In this document: one piece after another, positions 1 to 7,966 of the stretch
How the letters are laid out: every line of letters starts with the position of its first letter
Position numbering within the stretch: position 1 is the first letter of the stretch
Translations under genes and position numbers: made by a program
The notes under the pieces: generated by a model
The model's database searches: none
Told to the model about the DNA's origin: nothing
Seen by the model: only the letters and a program-made list of their open reading frames with translations
From: Leptospira biflexa
GTDB lineage: Bacteria; Spirochaetota; DYNZ01
NCBI GenBank assembly: GCA_020720805.1
Contig: DYNZ01000006.1
Coordinates: forward strand, 22,632-85,858
Direction of reading: 5' to 3'
Length of the DNA: 63,227 nt

Positions 1-90
1 TGCCGCACAACGTGCGTATCGCTTCTGAACTATACAGTACAAAAGGAAGCGATGCCATGGAGAAAACCAATTTCTTTACGGTTTAGAAAC
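1..90. repeat. Partial copy (right end) of hairpin-bearing interspersed element family F: one 43-bp stem-loop unit (13-55) plus conserved tail ggaagcgatgccatggRgaaaaccaatttctt
   Basis: Near-identical to 15918-16036 (two tandem 43-bp units) and to 33337-33436 in reverse orientation. Lies 8 bp downstream of the flgE stop. Confidence 0.6.
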
Positions 91-1461
91 CTAACGTTTG
101 AGACTCAGCAGATCCTGTAGCATCTGATCTGAGGTTGTGATGGTTCGGGAGTTCGCCTGGAAACCTCTCTGGGTTACAATCATATCCGTGAATGAATCGG
201 ATAGATCAACATTGGACATCTCGAGCATACCCGCGTTAATCTTTCCACGGCCCTGAACACCGGCCGCTCCGATCTGTGCTTCCCCAGAGTTGTTGGAAAC
301 CTGAAAATTATTTTCACCAACCTTATTTAAACCTGCCGGGTTTGTGAATACAGCCATGGCAACCTGACCCAGCAACCTATTTTGACCATTTGAATAGATG
401 CCTGTAATGCGTCCTGAATCATCGATTCGAAAGCTCTCCATATAACCCAGGGGAAATCCGTCCTGCTCGGACATCTTGGTGGTATTTTCCGACGAGTATT
501 GTGTGATGGACTGGTCTACCCTGCCCACCTGTCCCAGGTTCAAACGAATAGTCCGGCGCGCAGGTTCATTAGGCATCTGAAAGCTCAGATTTACGTTGAG
601 ATCTCCGGAATTAATTCTATCAGGAGTTCCGTCATCGCCCGCCGATACCAGCCGTCCATCAGGACTAAACTCCAGGCGGATACGACCGTTGGAGTTGGCC
701 TGGCTTTGACCGGACTGGCTATCCACATCCAGACGAATGTTCTGCGCATTGGCCATCTGCGCCTCTCCTACCCATGCGTTATTGCCCGTTTTCCAGAAAC
801 GCATACTCAACTCCTGCGGATTGCCGAGATCATCGTAAACGTTGATCCGGGCTACCCAGCCATCCTTGCGAACCTGATCCACTGTAGGATTCTGATTTAG
901 GATCGGTGAGCGACTATTGAGGTTGCATAAAAATTGTACATTCTGTGTGCGCTTGGCCGGATCCTTGCCATAAATCGGCAAACGTAAATCCTCTACCTGC
1001 CCCGAAACTGTAACATCCATAGTGCCGTCATTCTGAGGCCGAGCCAAATATCCCTGAACCTTCATACCGTTGGCAGGGTTGACAAGCATACCATCCCGGT
1101 CGATATTGAAGGTTCCCGCTCTGGTAAAAAATTGTTTATCACCGTCCCTGAGAACAAAAAGTCCATCGCCGCTAATAGCCAGATCGGTCTCCTTCCCGGT
1201 TGTCTGAAGACTGCCCTGGGTAAAGATTTTATCAATAGAGGCGATGAGCATACCCAAACCAACCTGTTTGGGATTCACCCCCCCCTTGTTCTGCTGCGGC
1301 GCCGCCGCTCCAGATAACGTCTGGGAAAGAAGATCCTGAAAGGTCACCCTCTCCATCTTAAATCCATAGGTATTGACATTGGAAATATTATTTCCAATGA
1401 CGTCCATTCTGGTCTGGTGATTTTTTAGCCCCGAAACACCGGAGTAAAGTGACCGCATCAT
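91..1461 (-). CDS. flgE: Flagellar hook protein FlgE (456 aa)
   Basis: N-terminal MMRSLYSGVSGL...DVIGNNISNVNTYGFK rod/hook consensus and C-terminal GFQANSRTITTSDQMLQDLLSLKR. Sits downstream of flgD and fliK. Confidence 0.9.
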   Translation of the reverse strand: MMRSLYSGVSGLKNHQTRMDVIGNNISNVNTYGFKMERVTFQDLLSQTLSGAAAPQQNKGGVNPKQVGLGMLIASIDKIFTQGSLQTTGKETDLAISGDGLFVLRDGDKQFFTRAGTFNIDRDGMLVNPANGMKVQGYLARPQNDGTMDVTVSGQVEDLRLPIYGKDPAKRTQNVQFLCNLNSRSPILNQNPTVDQVRKDGWVARINVYDDLGNPQELSMRFWKTGNNAWVGEAQMANAQNIRLDVDSQSGQSQANSNGRIRLEFSPDGRLVSAGDDGTPDRINSGDLNVNLSFQMPNEPARRTIRLNLGQVGRVDQSITQYSSENTTKMSEQDGFPLGYMESFRIDDSGRITGIYSNGQNRLLGQVAMAVFTNPAGLNKVGENNFQVSNNSGEAQIGAAGVQGRGKINAGMLEMSNVDLSDSFTDMIVTQRGFQANSRTITTSDQMLQDLLSLKR

Positions 1462-1536
1462 ACGCTAGCCGCTCCTTTTTATCCTTTTTGGTATGAGAAA
1501 AAAAAACAGAAAATTGTTTTATCCTGAGAAACGAAC

Positions 1537-2004
1537 CTATTTGCCCTTGGATGGATCAAAAACGCGCTTGATATCATCCATTTTAATCTTCCCCTGCTCC
1601 GTTGTGAGAACTGTACCCTGCTCTCCTGTCGCGATCTCCAGAACCCTGCCCTTTATCATTCTCCCGGTTTTTTCTTCCCTGCCTTCAATATGACGGCCAA
1701 GAAGATTCAAACTGGAGAGCGAAAGCTGACTTTTATTGAGACGCTCAAGGTTTTTATTCACCTCTGTCATCTGCTCCAGGGAGGAAAACTGAGCCATCTG
1801 AGCGATAAATTCCTTATCCTCCACCGGCTTTAACGGATCCTGGTGAGTTAATTGAGTAATGAGCAGTTTAATAAATTGATCCTTACCCATATCCTTGCCG
1901 CGCTTATCAAAAACTTTTATACCCAATCTTTCCATCTGCTCTGTTCTTTTCGCCTGACTGGGAAGTTGCTTTGACAGTGGGTCTCCTGCTACTGGTAATG
2001 GCAT
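1537..2004 (-). CDS. flgD: Flagellar hook capping/assembly protein FlgD (155 aa)
   Basis: Motif [19 protein letters not shown] typical of FlgD. Position between fliK and flgE. Confidence 0.8.
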   Translation of the reverse strand: MPLPVAGDPLSKQLPSQAKRTEQMERLGIKVFDKRGKDMGKDQFIKLLITQLTHQDPLKPVEDKEFIAQMAQFSSLEQMTEVNKNLERLNKSQLSLSSLNLLGRHIEGREEKTGRMIKGRVLEIATGEQGTVLTTEQGKIKMDDIKRVFDPSKGK

Positions 2005-2024
2005 CGCTCATTGCTCCTTATTTA

Positions 2025-3512
2025 TTATCCGCGCACATCAATAAGTCTATTTGTGTCAGAAAGAGAACTACTCATTGCTTCGGAAGGCTTGGAATTGTTG
2101 TTGAGTGAAAAATTAGTACTTTTACGGCTCTCCAGCTCATCCTGGTACTCCTGGTAATCCTTAAAATTTCCTGACTGCTGATCCCGGTTCATGATATCAA
2201 AATTTTCGATGGAGATACCTGCGTCGTGCAGCTCCTTTTTCAGTTGGGATAGATGCTGTTGCAACAGCTCTTTCACAGCCTCGCTTTCCACCAGAAAACG
2301 GCCATTCATGATGCCATTGTCATACTGGATCTGAAAACTTAACCGTCCCAGCCATTCCGGTTTGAGGGTCGCTGAAAAATTAAATTTCTGATCGGACAGA
2401 CGGGTTGCATTTGTCTTCTGAACAATTTGATCAATTATGGAGCGAATATCTACCTGGGATTGATTTTTTTCCAAAGCCCGCATCCAGCTACTTTGTCCAG
2501 AAACCGCCTCTTTCGCAGAATAGACTCCATCCAGCCGTGTCATTCTGGTTGCCGCATGTGGATCACTTCCCTGACGCAAACCGCTGCTGTTCTGATCCGA
2601 AACCATGCTGCCCTGGGCTTCCGGTTGCAAATTTTTTACCTGAGAGATTGCCTGCTTATCCTGGGCAAAAGAGCCGCTTCTTTGCAGATCTTCCCGCACA
2701 GGTTGTGCAACTTTTTTTTGAGCCATAAAGTCGCCAAATTGTCCAGCTTGGGCGGCAACCGCGCTCGCCTGACCAGTTGTCTGCTTTAACGTAAAAAACG
2801 ATTGAGATCCGGCAGAAGCAGATTTTAAGCGGACAGCCAGATTGGCAGGTTTATCCAGAATTGTCTGGATTTTCTGCAATAGCCCATCTGGCAAATCCGA
2901 AATGGAGGTTTGGCTCCCCGGACTGGATGGCTTAATAAAATTTGATGTGATTTCTCTTTTTTGAGCCAGGGCATTGCGCAGCGTTTCTAACTTCTCCTGT
3001 AGCGAGTCGGAGAGGGGCTTTTCTGCGGAGTCCAGCTTTTGCAGAAAATCCTTTACTTTTTGCAAAAGCAGCGACTTCTCACCAGAGAAATCTCCTTGCC
3101 CATCCTGCGGTAACTGAATTTGGGAGAGAAATCGGTCGATGGTATCCATCAAATTTGTGGCATCCGATAGCTCTGCGGTTGGATTTTCCCAATCCAGCCC
3201 GGCTGTGTCTGCCTCGCGAACGGGTTGATCCTGATGCGGCAGTGGCTGGGCAGCGCCAGACTCCTCTGAATGCCGTAAGGCACCCTCCTCTGGTTGGGAA
3301 AACCTAGCTTCATCCAGACGGAAATCCGGTGATTTAGCCATGTCATGAAAATCCTGAAAATTCTGTACAGGAGGCGATTGCGGTTCGATATTCTGCTGCA
3401 ATTGCAGTAAGAAATCTCCAGAATGCGACCCTCGGCCATTCGGAAGGATAGCGATTGGATCAAATTTTTCCCGGATGAAACCTGTTTTTTGAAATAAAGA
3501 TGCATCAATCAT
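2025..3512 (-). CDS. fliK: Flagellar hook-length control protein FliK (495 aa)
   Basis: Low-complexity Q/S/P-rich N-terminal region and C-terminal Flg_hook-like domain (LGRLSFQIQYDNGIMNGRFLVESEAVKELLQQHL). Synteny with flgD-flgE. Confidence 0.7.
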   Translation of the reverse strand: MIDASLFQKTGFIREKFDPIAILPNGRGSHSGDFLLQLQQNIEPQSPPVQNFQDFHDMAKSPDFRLDEARFSQPEEGALRHSEESGAAQPLPHQDQPVREADTAGLDWENPTAELSDATNLMDTIDRFLSQIQLPQDGQGDFSGEKSLLLQKVKDFLQKLDSAEKPLSDSLQEKLETLRNALAQKREITSNFIKPSSPGSQTSISDLPDGLLQKIQTILDKPANLAVRLKSASAGSQSFFTLKQTTGQASAVAAQAGQFGDFMAQKKVAQPVREDLQRSGSFAQDKQAISQVKNLQPEAQGSMVSDQNSSGLRQGSDPHAATRMTRLDGVYSAKEAVSGQSSWMRALEKNQSQVDIRSIIDQIVQKTNATRLSDQKFNFSATLKPEWLGRLSFQIQYDNGIMNGRFLVESEAVKELLQQHLSQLKKELHDAGISIENFDIMNRDQQSGNFKDYQEYQDELESRKSTNFSLNNNSKPSEAMSSSLSDTNRLIDVRG

Positions 3513-3550
3513 CGCTAGTTACACAAAAGAGACCTCAAATTAGATGAATA

Positions 3551-3743
3551 CCAATAAGCATCGATGCTTCGATAAACTCAGCACAAGATTTGACCGGTTA
3601 GGCAATGCCATAACCGCGTCCTTATCGACCTTGGTATAAACGGTTGCAGGATACCCTGACAGCATGGCGTTGCCTTGCATCGGGTAATGCCAGGTCGTGG
3701 TAGTACCAACGTCCTTTTGGCACAAAGTCCATTGCAAACAGTA
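3551..3743. repeat. Interspersed repeat family A (long form, 193 bp), flanked by TA/TA
   Basis: Same element at 12094-12193 (deleted form), 15708-16264 (inverted, with F insertion), 49211-49336 (inverted, inside a D element) and variant copies at 25517-25789 and 63101-end. ORF 3540..3737 on it is spurious. Confidence 0.7.
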
Positions 3744-3807
3744 TATCTCTGTTATTATCGATGATTTTTGAAAAAAGATAAGACTATTTTCTTGTTAGAA
3801 AAAAGCG

Positions 3808-4446
3808 TTAGGAGGGTTCGGGCACATATTCTGCCATTTTCTTCATAATCGTACCTGCGCGCTCTGGATTCTCCTGCTGGATCAGATAGATAAGATAACT
3901 GGTAATGGACTGCTTGCCCTCATCTGCCGCCACATAATCCATCCGACGCAAAACATCAATGATAAGAAGATCGTTCCAGCTATTCATAATTTTTACCGCT
4001 CCTTCCGGAGGCATATTTCCGATCTTACCGGCCAGGTCGCTGATGTTTTTCTGATATGATGCGTATTGCTGTTTGTCGCTTTCAAACTTTTTTCGCTCTA
4101 AAACCAGACCCTTCTCAAGCTCGCCCAACTTTTCTTCCTTGCTTTTTAAGGTTTTATCGAGTTCCTTCAATTTGATCTGCTCCAGAGAAAAGGTCTCCTG
4201 ATCTTTAGACAGCTTCTCCTGCGCCTTGCGCAGCTCTTCCCATTTCAACAAAGATGGCTCATCATCTTTAGCGTCAATCGATCTCTGTACCGTGGTAGGC
4301 ATATACTTCTCTCTCTGCTCTTGTAGGTCGATCAATCCGATATAATCAAGCCAGAGAAAACCAGCACTGATTAGAAATATTATTACAATAAGAAGATACA
4401 ATACTCGAATCTTAATCGATCTCATTTTCCTGCCTCCTGCTGGCAA
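3808..4446 (-). CDS. Flagellar-operon membrane-anchored coiled-coil protein, MotE/YlxF/FlbB-like (212 aa)
   Basis: N-terminal TM helix and long coiled coil with an MgtE_N-like C-terminus. It occupies the ylxF/flbB slot between fliJ and fliK. Confidence 0.4.
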   Translation of the reverse strand: MPAGGRKMRSIKIRVLYLLIVIIFLISAGFLWLDYIGLIDLQEQREKYMPTTVQRSIDAKDDEPSLLKWEELRKAQEKLSKDQETFSLEQIKLKELDKTLKSKEEKLGELEKGLVLERKKFESDKQQYASYQKNISDLAGKIGNMPPEGAVKIMNSWNDLLIIDVLRRMDYVAADEGKQSITSYLIYLIQQENPERAGTIMKKMAEYVPEPS

Positions 4447-4466
4447 ACCTATCCAAGAAAAAAAAA

Positions 4467-4943
4467 TTACCGCTTCGTGTCAAAAAGGCTGCCCTTCTCC
4501 TCAAGACTCTCCCTATTGACAGTTTTCCCCTGTAAAAATTTTTGAATCAAAGGAAGCAACTCGCTTCCGCGTCCATTATCCTGCATACCTGGCACATTGA
4601 GTTTCTGCATCTGCTGCAAAAGACTCTGCTGAAAGGTATCCCGATTTTGTTCATAGAAATAGTTCTCTTTATCAGACTGGCCTAACACTGATTGCAAATC
4701 TGGACCGGCCTGCTCCTGGGGCTGCGTTATTGGGGCTCTGTTTTTGCCCTGTGATGCCGTGGTTGTACTGTTTTCAGCGACCCCGGTCAAAGCATCCGAG
4801 ACCTGGCGCAGCTCATCCAAGCGGTTAAAGATCTTGCCTATGCGCTGCTGGATCTCTTCCATGCGGCCAAATGCGGCTGATTTCACCACGGAGGTGCTCT
4901 CCTGAATCCTCATGCGAAGATTTTTTAAGTGAACTGCATCCAT
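4467..4943 (-). CDS. Hypothetical Q-rich protein in flagellar operon (158 aa), FlbA-like position
   Basis: Intact ORF tightly packed between fliJ and the MotE-like gene. No recognisable domain. Confidence 0.3.
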   Translation of the reverse strand: MDAVHLKNLRMRIQESTSVVKSAAFGRMEEIQQRIGKIFNRLDELRQVSDALTGVAENSTTTASQGKNRAPITQPQEQAGPDLQSVLGQSDKENYFYEQNRDTFQQSLLQQMQKLNVPGMQDNGRGSELLPLIQKFLQGKTVNRESLEEKGSLFDTKR

Positions 4944-4965
4944 ACCTTACTCCTCTACCTCTATC

Positions 4966-5415
4966 CTAAAAACCTTCCTGGCTCTGGCGCCACTGGCCGA
5001 GATTCTGATTCAGATCATCATTCTCCTTGGCCTCTTCGCGGCGCGCATCCAGGTTGTATTGCGCCAGAGCCCGATCTTTCAACTTCTCCAGGCTCTTACG
5101 TTCGCGCCCTTTTTCCAATAAACGCTGTCGCTGCTGCTGGATGCGCTGATCCATTTGCGCCAGTCGACCTGCGATATGGCTCTCTTCCCGCTGGCTCAGG
5201 TACTGCAGACGGTATAAATCCTGCTGCAGCTGCAAAGTCGCCAACGCTCCTGTTAACGACTCTTCGACAAGCTGCTGCTGCGCCAGCAGATGATCCAAAT
5301 TGTGCCGGATGCGGGCGCGCTCGGCAAGCAACTGTCCCAGTCGGTTGATCTCCTGCTTCTCTTCCAATCGCCGGAGATGCAAAATTTTTTCCATGCTGAA
5401 TTGAAACGCCCTCAT
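4966..5415 (-). CDS. fliJ: Flagellar export chaperone/stalk protein FliJ (149 aa)
   Basis: Small all-coiled-coil protein immediately downstream of fliI. Confidence 0.7.
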   Translation of the reverse strand: MRAFQFSMEKILHLRRLEEKQEINRLGQLLAERARIRHNLDHLLAQQQLVEESLTGALATLQLQQDLYRLQYLSQREESHIAGRLAQMDQRIQQQRQRLLEKGRERKSLEKLKDRALAQYNLDARREEAKENDDLNQNLGQWRQSQEGF

Positions 5416-5425
5416 CTAAACCCCA

Positions 5426-6811
5426 CTAGAGTCCAAGTCCCCGCAAGGAGAGAGCAGCCCCCTCCGCGCTCTCCTCTTCTACCCGGAAAAGATCCAGGAG
5501 AGACTGCCGAATCTGGGCAGCACTCATGGACTCCTCAACCTCCTGCCGTAAAAATGATTGGATGGAGTCAATATATTCCAAAGCCTCATCAAGCCGATGG
5601 CTGCTGCCGCGCTGGTAGGCGCCCATCAGTACCAAATCCTCGTTCTCCCGGTATTCCGCCAGCAGACTCCGCAACCTGCCAGCCGCCTTTTTTTGCTCGC
5701 TATCTACGACGTCGTTCATACAGCGGCTGATGGAAGCCAGCACATCCACGGAAGGGTAGTGATTTTTCTCGGCAAGCGCGCGCGAAAGTACAATATGACC
5801 ATCCAGAATCCCCCGGGCTGCGTCTGCAATAGGCTCATTCATGTCATCAGCGTCGACCAGCACTGTATAAAATCCGGTGATCGATCCAGTGCGCGCATTA
5901 CCAGCCCTCTCCAGCAGCTTGGGCATCAGAGAAAAAACAGAGGAGGTAAAGCCGCGGGTAGCAGATGCCTCGCCGGCAGATTGGCCAATCTCCCGCTGCC
6001 CCTGGGCAAATCGGGTGACGGAATCCATCAGAAGGTTCACATGCAGCCCCTGATCGCGAAAATATTCAGCGATGGTTGTCGCCACAAAGGCTCCACGCAC
6101 CCGAACCATGGCTGGCTGGTTACCGGTCGCTACGACAACGACGCTGCGCTTTAGGCCTTCGCTACCGAGCTCTTTATAAATAAATTCATTTAATTCACGG
6201 CCGCGCTCGCCGATCAGTGCAATCACGTTGATATCGGCGTCCGTATACCTGGCAATCATACCCAACAGAGTGGATTTCCCTACTCCGGATCCAGAAAATA
6301 TACCAATGCGCTGTCCCCGGCCAACACTGAGCAGCCCATCTATGGAACGAATCCCTGTACTGAGCTGTTCCCGTATCGGTTTTCTATCCAGAGGGTTAAG
6401 GACAGGCCGTTCAACAGGGTACTCCGTATCTGAAAAAATCTGCCCCTTACCGTCAATGGGGTTGCCGATTCCATCCAAAACGCGGCCAAGCATAGCCTCT
6501 CCCACTGTGACGTGCAAAGGCTGTCCCGTTGTACTGACCATAGCGCCGGGTGTGATTCCTGTGATTTCACCATAGGGCATCAAGATGACTTTTTCATCCC
6601 GAAAACCGACAGCTTCACAATACAAATACTGTTTGTCATTTAGGCGGATACGGCAAACATCGCCAATCCCCACGTCTGGCCCCAGGGACTCTATCGTGAG
6701 GCCGGTAACACGGTACACCTTACCGGTAAAACGGACGGTCTTAACCCTATCGACTACCCGTTTGTACTTGCCCAGCACATCGATATTCTCAAATTTTTTT
6801 GTTTCAATCAT
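5426..6811 (-). CDS. fliI: Flagellum-specific ATPase FliI (461 aa)
   Basis: Walker A GSGVGKST and an F1/T3SS-ATPase-like sequence throughout. No fliH immediately upstream. Confidence 0.9.
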   Translation of the reverse strand: MIETKKFENIDVLGKYKRVVDRVKTVRFTGKVYRVTGLTIESLGPDVGIGDVCRIRLNDKQYLYCEAVGFRDEKVILMPYGEITGITPGAMVSTTGQPLHVTVGEAMLGRVLDGIGNPIDGKGQIFSDTEYPVERPVLNPLDRKPIREQLSTGIRSIDGLLSVGRGQRIGIFSGSGVGKSTLLGMIARYTDADINVIALIGERGRELNEFIYKELGSEGLKRSVVVVATGNQPAMVRVRGAFVATTIAEYFRDQGLHVNLLMDSVTRFAQGQREIGQSAGEASATRGFTSSVFSLMPKLLERAGNARTGSITGFYTVLVDADDMNEPIADAARGILDGHIVLSRALAEKNHYPSVDVLASISRCMNDVVDSEQKKAAGRLRSLLAEYRENEDLVLMGAYQRGSSHRLDEALEYIDSIQSFLRQEVEESMSAAQIRQSLLDLFRVEEESAEGAALSLRGLGL

Positions 6812-7119
6812 GCCAGATGCCTGCGCCTACCCTGCTCTCGAAGGAACCTTCCAATTTTGCGATATTATGTCGCATTACGGGATATTTCTCAACCTTTTTT
6901 TCTTGCAAAGCATGATTTTCTTGCGAAAATGGTCTCCCCAAAAGGGAGAAAAGCTGACCATTTCAAAAAAATCTCTTCCCATAACCTAAATCGACAAAAC
7001 CCCAAAAAAGCTGAATCAAAAAAAACGTAACTCTTGACAGATGCCCTCTGACAAGGGTGCTGGGTCTCCTGATAGGATTGATTGCGATATATGTACTTTG
7101 CGCTGCAAGGGGTATTTCT

Positions 7120-7965
7120 ATGAAACAAAGTTCTATACGTCGGTGTATTCCCTGTGTCATGGTTCGCTATCTCCTACTTTCTTTGATGGCCATGGGAGTT
7201 TTGCTCTCCTGCTCCCCTGATAAAGCGGAAAAAGATGCTTTGGACTCCGCTAGATTGACCAGAGAGGAATCGGATGACTCCCAATCCCGCTGGAGATTCC
7301 GGGAGATCAAAACGGAGCAACTGCATGCCATGATGCAAGCAAAGGAGCCCTTTCTCCTCGTAGACTCGCTGCCTCCCATTTTTTTTCAGGTTGACCACCT
7401 TCCAGGAGCTGTCAACATTCCCATCAACAAGCTATCAGCGGCGACATTGCCTGTAGACAAAGGTAAAAAAATTGTTTTTTACGGATTATTTAACGAAAGT
7501 TATTTTCCAAAAATCAACGCCGAAAACGCCATAGACCTTGGCCACACCGAAGTCTTTGTCTATGAACAGGGTATTCGCGAATGGAAAAAAAGGCTGTTAC
7601 CCCTGGAAAAGGGCACCCTCTCCCTTCCCAACCGGACAAATTTTAATGTAATCACCCCCGCCGAGCTGGTCTCTTCAAGAAGCAACTTTACGGTAATCGA
7701 CATTCTGGGCCTGGAATCAAAACTGGGAAAAATCAATGGAGCCATCACGGTGGAAATGATCCATTTCCTCACAGACTATACAAAAATTCCACGCAATAAA
7801 AAGGTGGTTCTCTACTCGCTTAAGGCGCGCATCGAGCGACTGGCCATCCTCTTTCTGATCTCCAAGGGCTACCGGGCTGAAAACCTTCACTACCTCAAAG
7901 GGGGATTGATGTACTGGATAAAATCCGGCTATCCCGTAGATAACACAAAAGGGACAAAACCGTGA
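7120..7965 (+). CDS. Lipoprotein with two rhodanese-homology domains lacking the catalytic Cys (ORF open from 7057; probable start MKQSS at 7120)
   Basis: Lipobox LLSC. Rhodanese-like segments HLPGAVNIPINKL...KKIVFYG and NGAITVEM...KKVVLYS, but no Cys in either CX5R loop position. Confidence 0.5.
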   Translation: MKQSSIRRCIPCVMVRYLLLSLMAMGVLLSCSPDKAEKDALDSARLTREESDDSQSRWRFREIKTEQLHAMMQAKEPFLLVDSLPPIFFQVDHLPGAVNIPINKLSAATLPVDKGKKIVFYGLFNESYFPKINAENAIDLGHTEVFVYEQGIREWKKRLLPLEKGTLSLPNRTNFNVITPAELVSSRSNFTVIDILGLESKLGKINGAITVEMIHFLTDYTKIPRNKKVVLYSLKARIERLAILFLISKGYRAENLHYLKGGLMYWIKSGYPVDNTKGTKP

Positions 7966-7966
7966 T

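Noticed and set aside
499-900. Antisense or embedded ORFs inside confident genes (e.g. 499..900 in flgE, 5558..6154 in fliI, 29853..30416 in gyrA, 31526..32161 in the DUF342 gene, 34207..35283 and 34689..35186 in the mutase, 17167-20660 ORFs inside the giant gene)
   Set aside because: They lie fully within long, motif-supported genes on the opposite strand or an alternate frame, with low-complexity translations. They are typical shadow ORFs of GC-moderate coding sequence.
3540-3737. ORF-track proteins lying on interspersed repeats (3540..3737, 12003..12275, 12089..12322, 15679..16062, 15698..15982, 16000..16182, 25584..25805, 47900..48088, 49016..49198, 49024..49308, 49202..49552, 50038..50268, 63024..63221)
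   Set aside because: They coincide with multi-copy non-coding repeat elements and occur in both orientations. They have no start context, no recognisable protein features, and their 'conservation' is explained by the DNA repeat.
6812-6900. Sigma28 (TAAA-N15-GCCGATAA) or sigma54 (GG-N10-GC) promoter upstream of fliI
   Set aside because: GCGACATAA resembles the sigma28 -10 element, but no TAAA lies at the required spacing and no -24/-12 sigma54 elements are evident. It is reported only as a recurrent motif.
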